Positions 26,238-36,300 of a stretch of DNA of 64,000 bases are shown piece by piece. The translations under genes and the position numbers were made by a program. The notes under the pieces are model-generated. The model had not been told where the DNA came from, ran no database searches, and was given only the letters and a program-made list of their open reading frames with translations. Numbering within the stretch: position 1 is the stretch's first letter; the number at the start of each line of letters is the position of its first letter. Where the stretch lies: positions 3,286,001 to 3,350,000 of the forward strand of contig NW_024704770.1 in NCBI RefSeq assembly GCF_018977255.1. The letters are read 5' to 3'. This stretch comes from Callorhinchus milii (Eukaryota).

Positions 26238-26805
26238 TTACAACAACAACCACAACAAAATTACATGTGTACGTACAGCACCTTTCACGTAAAAGCAGTC
26301 GGGAGGACGTCCCAAGGTGCTGGACAATCAGTGTTTTGGACTCGAGCTGGGAGTCAGGGTCGGGATTGGAGAGGGTGGAGAGCTGGGGGGGGGAAGAAGG
26401 GTGACCGAAAGCAAGGTTGAAGAGGAGGGTCTTGTGAAGGAGGCAAGGGAGGTGGCGAGGTGGAGTTCCAGAGGGTGGGGGCAGAGTGGCAAAAGGCCCG
26501 CTCGCCAATGGTGGGATGGGCGAAATAGGGGACATGAAGCAGCCCAGAGTCCGCTGAGCACAGGGAACAAGCAGGTTGTTATGGGGTTAGTAGGTCGCAG
26601 AGGTAGGGGGGAGCAAGGCCATGGAGGTGAGGGCCAGGATCTTGAACTGTATCCTCTGTGTGATGGGAAGCCAGTGGAGTCGGGCGAGGATGGGGGTGAT
26701 AGGGTGGCGGAGGCCGGTGCGGGAGAGGACATGGGCTGCAAACTTCTGGATGATCTGCAGCCTGTGGCGGGAGGAGTTGGGGAGGCCGACAAAGCAGGAA
26801 TCCAA
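26238..26805 (-). mobile_element. L2 LINE 3' portion
   Basis: The minus-strand ORF encodes the L2 ORF2 C-terminus (HRLQIIQKFAAHVL...HPITPILARLHWLPITQRIQFKIL), followed by the 3'UTR and a (TTG)n tail. Confidence 0.9.
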
Positions 26806-27257
26806 ATTAAACCGAGTACCCATGGCCTGTCCAGGTGAACATTAAAGATAGCATGGCACTCACTCAATGAAGAGAAGAGAGTTTCTCTCAGTGTCCTGGA
26901 CAACAATTCCCTTCCCCCACTCCAATAAAAAAAATATTCCTTCACTTCATTGCTGTTTGTGGGACACTGATGTAAGCAAATTGGTTGCTGCGTTCGCCTA
27001 CAAAACATGGTTACTTTACATATAAAATGATGTATCGATGGGATAAAGTACTACATCAGATGCAAGGATTATTATTACACATTGAGATGCTGACGGAGAG
27101 ACTTGGCACCCGTGAGCTCTTCAAGGGGTTTTAATGAGCACCATGTTGAAATGGGTGAGTGGAGAAAAGCAAATCGGTCATCAAGGGCCAAGTGACCCAA
27201 TGCCATTCCCATGGCATTGTAAACAAAGGCCAACTCTGCAACAACACTGCCCTGATT

Positions 27258-27435
27258 CCATAGGAACATAGGAATTAGGAGCAGGAGTAGGCCATTTGGC
27301 CCCTCTATCCCCATATCCCTTAATGCTTTACAAATCTATCAATCTCAGTCTTGAATATGTTCAAGGACTGAGCATCTACAGCCTTCTGGGGTAGAGAATT
27401 CCATAAATTCACTACCCTCTGAGTGAAGAAGTGTT
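27258..27435 (-). mobile_element. CR1 3' end fragment
   Basis: cataggaacataggaattaggagcaggagtaggccatt tail. The minus strand encodes [33 protein letters not shown]. Confidence 0.85.
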
Positions 27436-27969
27436 CCATTCTTGTGATGTGCAAAATCCACATTATTGATAATAATCCTTGCATTTTATGCAGCGCCTTA
27501 TCATGTCTTTGAGACGCCTCAAAGTGCCTCACAGAATATATTGCAAAGTGTAATGACTGTAAATTTTGTGAGTGAAACGCGGCAGCCAATTGCTCACAGC
27601 GGTGTCCCACAAACAGTCGTGGATTTAAGCTGAGAAATGAACTCTGAGAATAACTTTTCTACATACTGTTTTATATATATATATATGTTAATTATAAAAA
27701 TATATATATTCACCTCCCGAATAAGGGAGGGAAGTGTGAATTGAAAACGTACAACAGGAAGTATCCAATCTCAAAGCTCAGTAAATTCGCGATGGAAGGG
27801 GAATGATTAGACCACCGCAGGCTGTGTACAAAATGCTAATAAATAGCCCAAGCGTGAGATTTGCTGTGTGCAGACAGACAGACAGCATTATGCCTGAAAT
27901 GCTGAAATGTTCCTGACTAATCATTATAGAACGAATGTCCATGGATATAGAAATGAAAGCAGCTCCTAC

Positions 27970-28238
27970 CGCCTGATCGATCCCTGCAGCGAGGAGGGCC
28001 AAGACATCCGGGATTTCTTCAGCCCGGGTCGGTCGCTCGTGTCCACGGCATTAGACCTCTCCATTTGCCGGTGAACATGGCGGTCCGTGTCCGAGTAGCC
28101 TCGGTGTTTGATCTTGATGGGAGTCCGGGGCTGCCTCCAGAGGTGCTGGGGTGGTTTCAGGGTTGCCTGTCCCTCTCGGGGAACAGGAAGAGGCAGGGTT
28201 AGAGACAAGCTCTTCTTTGAGCACCGAGGAACTTCCAT
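27970..28238 (-). CDS. PDE4A: PDE4A4/PDE4A5-type long isoform unique first coding exon ([50 protein letters not shown]...[20 protein letters not shown])
   Basis: accATGG Kozak context at 28238; 269 nt ending at a GCG|GTAGGA donor (phase 2). [22 protein letters not shown] and [15 protein letters not shown] match PDE4A4 better than the PDE4D4 or PDE4C1 equivalents. Confidence 0.95.
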
Positions 28239-28361
28239 GGTTCTTGGAGAATGTCTAGACCTAAGGCAGTCACTCAGAAGGAGACAGATAGACCCCGGCT
28301 GGAACCAATTGGCCAGAGCACTTGCTGCAGCTGCAGCCACAAGGAAGTTCCAAATGCAGCC
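28239..28361 (-). other. PDE4A: Probable 5'UTR of the PDE4A4-type exon
   Basis: Possible acceptor ctcctcccttcactgatccaacctag|g at 28362/28361. A candidate upstream non-coding donor GAT|GTGAGT lies at 29358. Confidence 0.4.
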
Positions 28362-28419
28362 CTAGGTTGGATCAGTGAAGGGAGGAGGGCAGTGAGGGGT
28401 GGGGGAGAGTCTATGAGGA

Positions 28420-29080
28420 GGGGTCAGTGAGGGGGCTGGAGCTCTGGGCAAGAATCAGTGAGGGTGAGGTCAGTGGGGGGGGGGGATGGGCTGGGGTCAG
28501 TGAGGGGAGGTGGGGTAAATGGGGGGGATGGGGCTGGGGTCAGTGGGGGGATGGGGCTGGGGTCAGTGGGGGGGATGGGGCTGGGGTCAGTGGGGGGGAT
28601 GGGGCTGGGGTCAGTGGGGGGGATGGGGCTGGGGTCAGTAGGGGGGATGGGGCTGGGGTCAGTGAGGGGAGGTGGGGTCAGTGGGGGGGGTGGGCTGGGG
28701 TCAGTAGGGGTGTGGGCTGGGGTCAGTGGGGGGGTGGGCTGGGGTCAGTGGGGGGGTGTGGGCTGGGTCAGTGGGGGATGGGGCTAGGGTCAGTGGGGGG
28801 GATGGGGCTGGGGTCAGTGGGGGGGGATGGGGCTGGGGTCAGTGGGGGGATGGGCTGGGTCAGTGGGGGGGTGTGGGCTGGGGTCAGTGGGGGGTGTGGG
28901 CTGGGGTCAGTGAGGGGAGGTGGGGTCAGTGGGGGTGTGTGGGCTGGGGTCAGTGGGGGGGGTGTGGGCTGGGGTCAGTGGGGCGATGGGGGTGGGTCAG
29001 TGGGGGGGTGTGGGCTGGGGTCAGTGGGGGGATGGAGGTGGGGTCAGTGGGGGGGGGTGTGGGCTGGGGTCAGTGAGAGG
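28420..29080. repeat. G-rich minisatellite, ~22-25 bp unit (ggggctggggtcagtgggggggat)
   Basis: Roughly 25-30 tandem units with G-quadruplex-type G runs. Confidence 0.92.
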
Positions 29081-29227
29081 GGCTGAAGCCCTGGGGTGGG
29101 GGGGGGTGGTCAGATCATGCAGGGTTCTGTCACAAGGCGTTGGGGTCTGGCTGTGCGGGCTGTCGGCTCGCCCTGTCTGGGACTCTCGGTCTCCTCATTA
29201 CGCAGCCCCTGTGCTCCTTGGCCGGCG

Positions 29228-29300
29228 AAGGGCTGCTCTCTCTCGGGGTGGGGGGCTGCTCTCTCTCGGGGTGGGGGGCTGCTCTCTCTCGGGGTGGGGG
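29228..29300. repeat. Short tandem repeat (gggctgctctctctcggggtgggg) x3
   Basis: Three near-identical ~23-bp units. Confidence 0.85.
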
Positions 29301-29467
29301 TCCGCTGGCGGCGCTCCCTCCTCTCCCCATACGCACAGGAATCCCGACTGCAACTCACATCTCAGGCGGTGGGAGAGGGAGTGGGACCGACGAGTCCCCC
29401 ACACCCCCCCTCCCCCCCCCCGTCCTTAAACAACCACACGGAGATTTATCCCATCAACTGCACGGAT

Positions 29468-30162
29468 TGGGGGGGGGGGGGGGGGTGTGAGGGGTGGGGG
29501 TGGGGGTTGGTGTGAGGGTTGGGGGGGGGGTGAGGGTTGGTGGGGGGGGGGTGGGGGGGTTGGTGTGAGGGGGTGGGGGGGGGGGGGTGGTGAGGTTGGT
29601 GGGGGGGGGGGGGTGAATTCCTGCTTCCAGATAGCAAATTCCTTCCTGCCGGTGAGTAACCCTTCTCCTGGAGTACTTCACAGCTAAATCCTCCCCGATC
29701 TCCTTTCCTCTCTTCTTATAAAGTGGTTAGGGGTTGTTTTTTTTTTGGGGGGGGAGAGGGAGGGAGAGGGTGGGGGGTGGGGGTGGGGGGGGGGGGGGGG
29801 GGGGGGGGGAGAAAGAAGAGGGAATATTTACAAACCTTAACAGACCCTGTTTTATCACACAGTCGCTGTGTTTGCTCTGCAGCTCAAACCTCCCTCTCCC
29901 CCCTCCCTCTCTCCCCTCTCTCCCCCCCATCCCTCTCTCCCCCCCTCCCTCTCTATCCCTCTCCCCCCCCTCTCTCTCCCTCTCTCCCCCCCTCTCTCCT
30001 GCCAGTATTTCCGACCACCAAACGATCCCCTTACAGCGATTGTATTTCCATCTGATGTGCAGATCTATTCCTGGGAGCTTTTTTTTTTCTCCTCTTCTCT
30101 CTCTCTCTCTCTTCTTCTCTTTTCTCTCTCTCTTCCTCTCTCTTTTCTCTCTCTCTCTCTCT
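29468..30162. repeat. Low-complexity block: poly-G/GT-rich runs then CT-rich tracts
   Basis: G runs at 29468-29613 and 29747-29810; (CT/CC)n at 29889-30000 and 30080-30162. Confidence 0.85.
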
Positions 30163-30237
30163 CCAGCTTCTCAGTCCAGCAGCACAGCTATTTTTTTTGC
30201 CGGTGTCGAAACCGCTCACTCTTTTTACTCCACAAGT

Positions 30238-31721
30238 CACACACACAGCACCACACACAGCACAGCACAACACAGCACCACACACAGCACCACACACAGC
30301 ACAACACAGCACCACACACAGCACAACACAGCACCACACACAGCACAGCACCACACACAGCACAACACAGCACAACACAGAGCACCACACACAGCACAAC
30401 ACAGCACCACACACAGCACAACACAGCACCACACACAGCACCACACACAGCACCACACACAGCACCACACACAGCACACACAGCACAGCACACACACAGC
30501 ACAACACAGCACCACACACAGCACAACACAGCACAACACAGCACCACACACAGCACCACACACAGCACAGCACCACACACAGCACAGCACCACACACAGC
30601 ACAGCACAACACAGCACCACACACAGCACAACACAGCACCACACACAGCACAGCACCACACACAGCACCACACACACAGCACCACACACACCCCCACACA
30701 CAGCACCACACACACCACACACAGCACCACACACAGCACCACACACACCACACACAGCACACACACACCACACACAGCACCACACACAGCACCACACACA
30801 CCACACACACCACACACAGCACCACACACAGCACAACACAGCACCACACACACACAGCACCACACACAGCACAGCACCACACACAGCACCACACACACAC
30901 AGCACCACACACAGCACACAGCACACACACAGCACAGCACCACACACAGCACAACACAGCACCACACACAGCACAACACAGCACACACACACAGCACACA
31001 CCCACACACAGCACCACCACACACAACACAGCACCACACACAGCACAACACCACACACAGCACAACACAGCACCACACACAACACAGCACAACACAGCAC
31101 CACACACAGCACAACACAGCACCACACACAGCACAGCACCACACACAACACAGCACCACACACAACACAGCACCACACACAGCACAACACAGCACCACAC
31201 ACAGCACAGCACCACACACAGCACAACACAGCACCACACACAGCACAACACAGCACCACACACAGCACAGCACCACACACAGCACCACACACAGCACAAC
31301 ACAGCACCACACACAGCACAGCACCACACACAGCACCACACACACAGCACAGCACACACACACAGCACAACACACAGCACAACACAGCACCACACACAGC
31401 ACCACACACAGCACAGCACCACACACAGCACAGCACAGCACCACACACAGCACAACACAGCACAACACAGCACCACACACAGCACAGCACCACACACAGC
31501 ACCACACACAGCACAACACAGCACCACACACAGCACAGCACCACACACAGCACCACACACAGCACAACACAGCACCACACACAGCACCACACACAGCACA
31601 ACACAGTACCACACACAGCACAGCACCACACACAGCACCACACACAGCACAGCACCACACACAGCACCACACACAGCACAGCACCACACACAGCACAGCA
31701 CAGCACCACACACACACACAC
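30238..31721. repeat. 1.5-kb CA-rich satellite built from CACAG/CACCA/CACAA modules
   Basis: Continuous irregular tandem array with almost no T on the + strand. It is the source of spurious 500-800 aa ORFs. Confidence 0.95.
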
Positions 31722-31852
31722 GACTGCAGTGTCGAGGAAATGCAAACAGTCTTCCTGTCCCCACCACAGCCTCCAAACCGACTGTCAACTTTCTAACCGA
31801 CCCTTCTCGTTCTTTTCAGCTCCGTGTTCCCCCACATCCATTATTTCAGCCA

Positions 31853-31983
31853 NNNNNNNNNNNNNNNNNNNNNNNNNNNNNNNNNNNNNNNNNNNNNNNN
31901 NNNNNNNNNNNNNNNNNNNNNNNNNNNNNNNNNNNNNNNNNNNNNNNNNNNNNNNNNNNNNNNNNNNNNNNNNNNNNNNNNNN
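31853..31983. other. Assembly gap (N run)
   Basis: N bases. Confidence 1.
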
Positions 31984-32312
31984 CACCTCTGCTTTATTGC
32001 CGGTCTCCCTCTGTGTCGGATGCGGACGGTGGTTGTCTCCAGGAGACGGTACATTTTCACGAAGCTTTCATTCCTCAATGCTTGGAAGTCTCTCTCTCTC
32101 TCCTCTCTCTCCCCCTGTGTGTGTGTGTGTGTGTCCCTGTCTCCTGGGGAGAGTCTCTGCTGTACTCTCCAGCGCTCTCTGTCACAGTCACACAGGCACA
32201 GTCCGAGCTGCGCTTTAGCACCGAACTCGCTCTTTTGACAGCTGTAAACTGAGTCGGTGTTGCAATGATTTGATTCACTCGCTTCCCTGTTTTTTTTCAG
32301 AACGCTCCCGCT

Positions 32313-32500
32313 GTCCCCCCCCCACCCCCCCCACCCCCACCCCCCCCCCACCCCCACCCCCACCCCCCACCCCCCCACCCCACCCCCACCTCTTGTGAGA
32401 AGAAAGGAGATTTCTCTCTACATCTCCACTCTGTTTGATTTCCCTAAAGCCTAAGCTGCAGGGGGGGGGGGGGGGGGGGGGAGGCAACAGGGATAGCGAG

Positions 32501-32530
<30 letters not shown>
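32313..32530. repeat. C-rich tract, poly-G and (AAT)n microsatellite
   Basis: ccccaccccc... at 32313-32390; G run at 32461-32481; (AAT)n at 32503-32530. Confidence 0.85.
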
Positions 32531-32533
<3 letters not shown>

Positions 32534-32964
32534 GTACAGCAGTGCTATTCACATCGGGAAGGCTTCCTTCTCAAAGTGGGACTGCGGGTCAGGAGTAGAT
32601 TCGCTGAGTCCCAGGGCCGGACATGGAGCGATCTTCTGCTCCAGAGCCAGAGAGTGCCACTGGCCGAGGCCAGGCCGAGCCTCCCGGCACCCGGGGCTGG
32701 GGGGAGATGTCCCGAGTTTGGGGAGCGCACTCGTGCAAAAATCCTTATACAGAGGGGGACAGAAGTGTTGGGGTTATCGGTCACCCGAACTCCAGTGGAA
32801 GCCGTCTGTCAACTCTTTTTTTTAAAAAAGGGGGACATGTCAGCAGCTGCTCGAAGGGAAGGCAGGAGAGTGGGATTGGATTAGGGGTCTGAAGTGGAGG
32901 AAAACTTCTAATGTAAGGGTTAACCCCCCCCACCCCCCCCCCCACCACCCCCACTGCAGATGTG

Positions 32965-33388
32965 NNNNNNNNNNNNNNNNNNNNNNNNNNNNNNNNNNNN
33001 NNNNNNNNNNNNNNNNNNNNNNNNNNNNNNNNNNNNNNNNNNNNNNNNNNNNNNNNNNNNNNNNNNNNNNNNNNNNNNNNNNNNNNNNNNNNNNNNNNNN
33101 NNNNNNNNNNNNNNNNNNNNNNNNNNNNNNNNNNNNNNNNNNNNNNNNNNNNNNNNNNNNNNNNNNNNNNNNNNNNNNNNNNNNNNNNNNNNNNNNNNNN
33201 NNNNNNNNNNNNNNNNNNNNNNNNNNNNNNNNNNNNNNNNNNNNNNNNNNNNNNNNNNNNNNNNNNNNNNNNNNNNNNNNNNNNNNNNNNNNNNNNNNNN
33301 NNNNNNNNNNNNNNNNNNNNNNNNNNNNNNNNNNNNNNNNNNNNNNNNNNNNNNNNNNNNNNNNNNNNNNNNNNNNNNNNNNNNNNNN
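32965..33388. other. Assembly gap (N run)
   Basis: N bases. Confidence 1.
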
Positions 33389-36300
33389 TGCTGACGTGAG
33401 TGTACACATCACTGCAGTCGCTTCTCACAGCCCACACTGAAGACACAGCCTCTTCCATTCAGTGAGCGGAACACAATGAATTCACTACAATAACGGGAGA
33501 AGCTTAACAATCTGCTCATGAAATGAATTTAAATGAAGCTGCACTATTGTGGACCCAGCACTCACTTTGCCTGTCTGTGGATTAAATGGCGCATTTTTCA
33601 GTCGTGCGCTGATGCCTTCATTAGTTTAATTAATCAATTGCGAATAAGGATATTTCAGGCTTCTGAAATGAACTGCACCATCTGATATGTTATTGTTTTA
33701 TGGTTAGATCCCGTAAGAGTATCAGCTTGAAGGAAAATGCAACTAATCACCAGAAAAATGAGCTTTTCTATTATACCCCTTTATTAGCTGTAACCTCTCA
33801 AAAAGCAGTGTGTGAGAATAGTAGGTATTAACATACAGTAACACCGCGCACAGTGGCTTTAGACTTAGCTGACACGCGTGGAAATCCATCACTGTGCCTA
33901 AGAGTCTCCGAAACAAGAGTTCCACATGCATCTATTTTCCATTTGCCAAGTCTGGAGTGCACTCTCTCTCCCTCTCTCTCTGGAGGGGCCAAGCTTTGCT
34001 CCTGCTCTCTCTTATGGATGAGTAAAGAATGCCCATTTTTATAGCACCTAAAAGCATCTCAAACACTTTCGCGGTAATTAAGTTTCGTATCTTTTGGTAG
34101 GCAAACGTGACAACCATTTCGCGCACTGCATTGGCCTCATCGTGAATAACCAACCACCGTCCATCACAGTAGGCCCCCGAGGAGCGAGTGTACAGGAGCA
34201 GCGCTGCCAGTCTGTCAGGGTGCACTGTTGGTGGGGTCAATAAGCAACACTATACGTAGCCTCGAGTAGCTGATCCCAAACCAGATCAGGAAACCTGTCC
34301 CCCGCGAGCCAGACATTCCCCGTTACATCACATAAAACCTGCTTTTCAAAAATGTGTTTTGTCATTTTCTAATTCGGTTTCTAATTATTTCTAATTCAAA
34401 TAAAAACTCCCAAATAACAGACAAAAAAATAACTGCTGTGGGTCCCCAGTAAGTAGATAAGCCATGGCAGGTGCTAGTTGCTGATATAATTTGGGGGAAG
34501 GGTACAATCTGTTTTCACATCAGTACAACATCAGATGAAAAAAAAACCTACTCCTGACTAATGAATCGGTCCAATTCTCAGCAGAGAATGAATTCACTCT
34601 GTTGGGTGCAAGGAATTTACAAACTAACTCATCTCTGGATGAAGCATTTGCCAAATCTTCCAAAGCTTTCTCTTTCTTTGACTCTCTCGTGCGTTTGGTC
34701 AACATCCTCAGACACCTCTGCTGTCCGTTCTTGCTCAATGAAAAGCACCAGGAGAAACTCACTGCTCTTTTCCGAGAGGGTAAGGCAGTCCTGAAGGGAA
34801 GGCAGACAAGACCTCGGGTCTAACCTCTTCTCTGAACAATGGCACCTCTGACAAAGCAACAATCTACAACCAACGGGCAGGCTGAGGGAAGATGAGGAAA
34901 CCTTCACTGGATGATCAGAATTGCTGCTTCCCATTTAGCCAGAGAATTAGACTATTCCCATCTCCTCTTGTATCTCCTGAGGTTATGTTCTTGCCAAGTT
35001 CCCAAGCCGGCCCTTCTCAAACATTGCCTGAACACCAATGAATCTCAGCCACATTCTTCTTTCATGTTCTATCCTCAAAGGAACACCCAAGAAACGTCTT
35101 AGACATGACCAACCTTTCAGCTATTAAGGTTGACTGGACTTTTCTTAAATGCACTTGAGTTGCTGACCTCAATCTATTTCTGAACAGAGATGCTGGGCTG
35201 TAATTGAAGGAAGGAATTGAAACAGCTGCACTCTGTGCTGCTCTGATGCTATTTGTTTTCAATAAGCTTTGAAATTTTCCACGTCTCGCCACTTAGGCAC
35301 TAATCTCTTCTCGGACTCTTGCTCTCTTCTCTTTGGTGTCTTATGATCTTTAAGCAACTCGATTCACATTGTTCCATTGCTACTCTGACCACAAACTGCT
35401 CCTTAAATACCAGTACGCCTACCAGTGCGTTATCTCATGGTCAAAGCCATCAACAAATCCTGCAGTGAAGTGTTGTGAAAGGAACATCCATTGAAAGCTT
35501 CTAACTCCCCATTCCCTGCGCTTTTCCTCCAAATTGGGGCTTCACAGCGTCTCTTCACGTACCTGTGTCCATGTGACTGATGACTGCCCACCCCGCCTCT
35601 CTGATTTTGTGCAGTTTCTAATTTTCTTCCCAGCTCAAGTATCTTTTGATTGTTCACCACCACTCCCTATGGAAATCTAACCAGGTTTAATCCGATTACA
35701 ATTCAGCGGTATACTTGGCCACCAGGGCTTTGAAGCAAATGGAGTTTCAGAGTCAGGTTCAAACAAAAATCTCGACTGGAAATCAAATGTAATTTTTTAT
35801 TTTTTTTAAAAATTCAACAAATGTAAGCATCAAAGAAGCAAAATAAGTGAATGGTCTAACAGGCTGAATAAGTGGCATCTCAGGTCACCCATCCCCTCTT
35901 GTTGTGCAAAGGTGATCAGGGCTGTTGAGTCCTGGATTACAGCAGTGGTGCGCAATGAATGTGTTAAAGATTTACATAATGTAACGTCTCCCAGGAAATA
36001 AACTAGGGAGTACTTAATGCTGTTTAGTTGGATGCTGCAAACACAAATCTACTATGTTAATCTGTTCTAATAAGACACAGACAGAAGACAGGACTCAAGG
36101 CTACAGAGATATGGCACTATTTTTTCCTCTCCCCTGACTGCACTGAGGTGGCTTGAACTGAAAGGAATTATAAATAGAACTGTAGATAGCTGGGAGGAAG
36201 CTCCAGCACAGTGACGTACACAAATTATGTCATAAAAGAACAAGTGTTTTTTTTATTGAGAGTCTTTTGACACCAGCCAGGGTGAAAAGAGTAGGAGAGA

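Noticed and set aside
26317-27008. 173-aa (+) and 226-aa (-) ORFs
   Set aside because: Antisense or off-frame readings of the L2 fragment and an adjacent SINE remnant.
28427-29429. Gly/Trp/Val-rich ORFs on the + strand
   Set aside because: Translations of the G-rich minisatellite.
29734-32238. Very long ORFs (502-834 aa) on both strands, rich in H/T/Q/S or C/V/A
   Set aside because: Artefacts of the stop-free CA-rich satellite and an N gap; no protein-like complexity.
32781-33458. ORFs spanning poly-X
   Set aside because: Produced by the assembly N gap; the same applies to 5048-5591 and 31785-32378.
34548-34705. Minus ORF MLTKRTRESKKEKALEDLANASSRDELVCKFLAPNRVNSFSAENWTDSLVR as a possible first exon
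   Set aside because: The good donor (GTAGGT) is phase 1, and the phase-2 option (GTTTTT) is very weak. No recognised homology.
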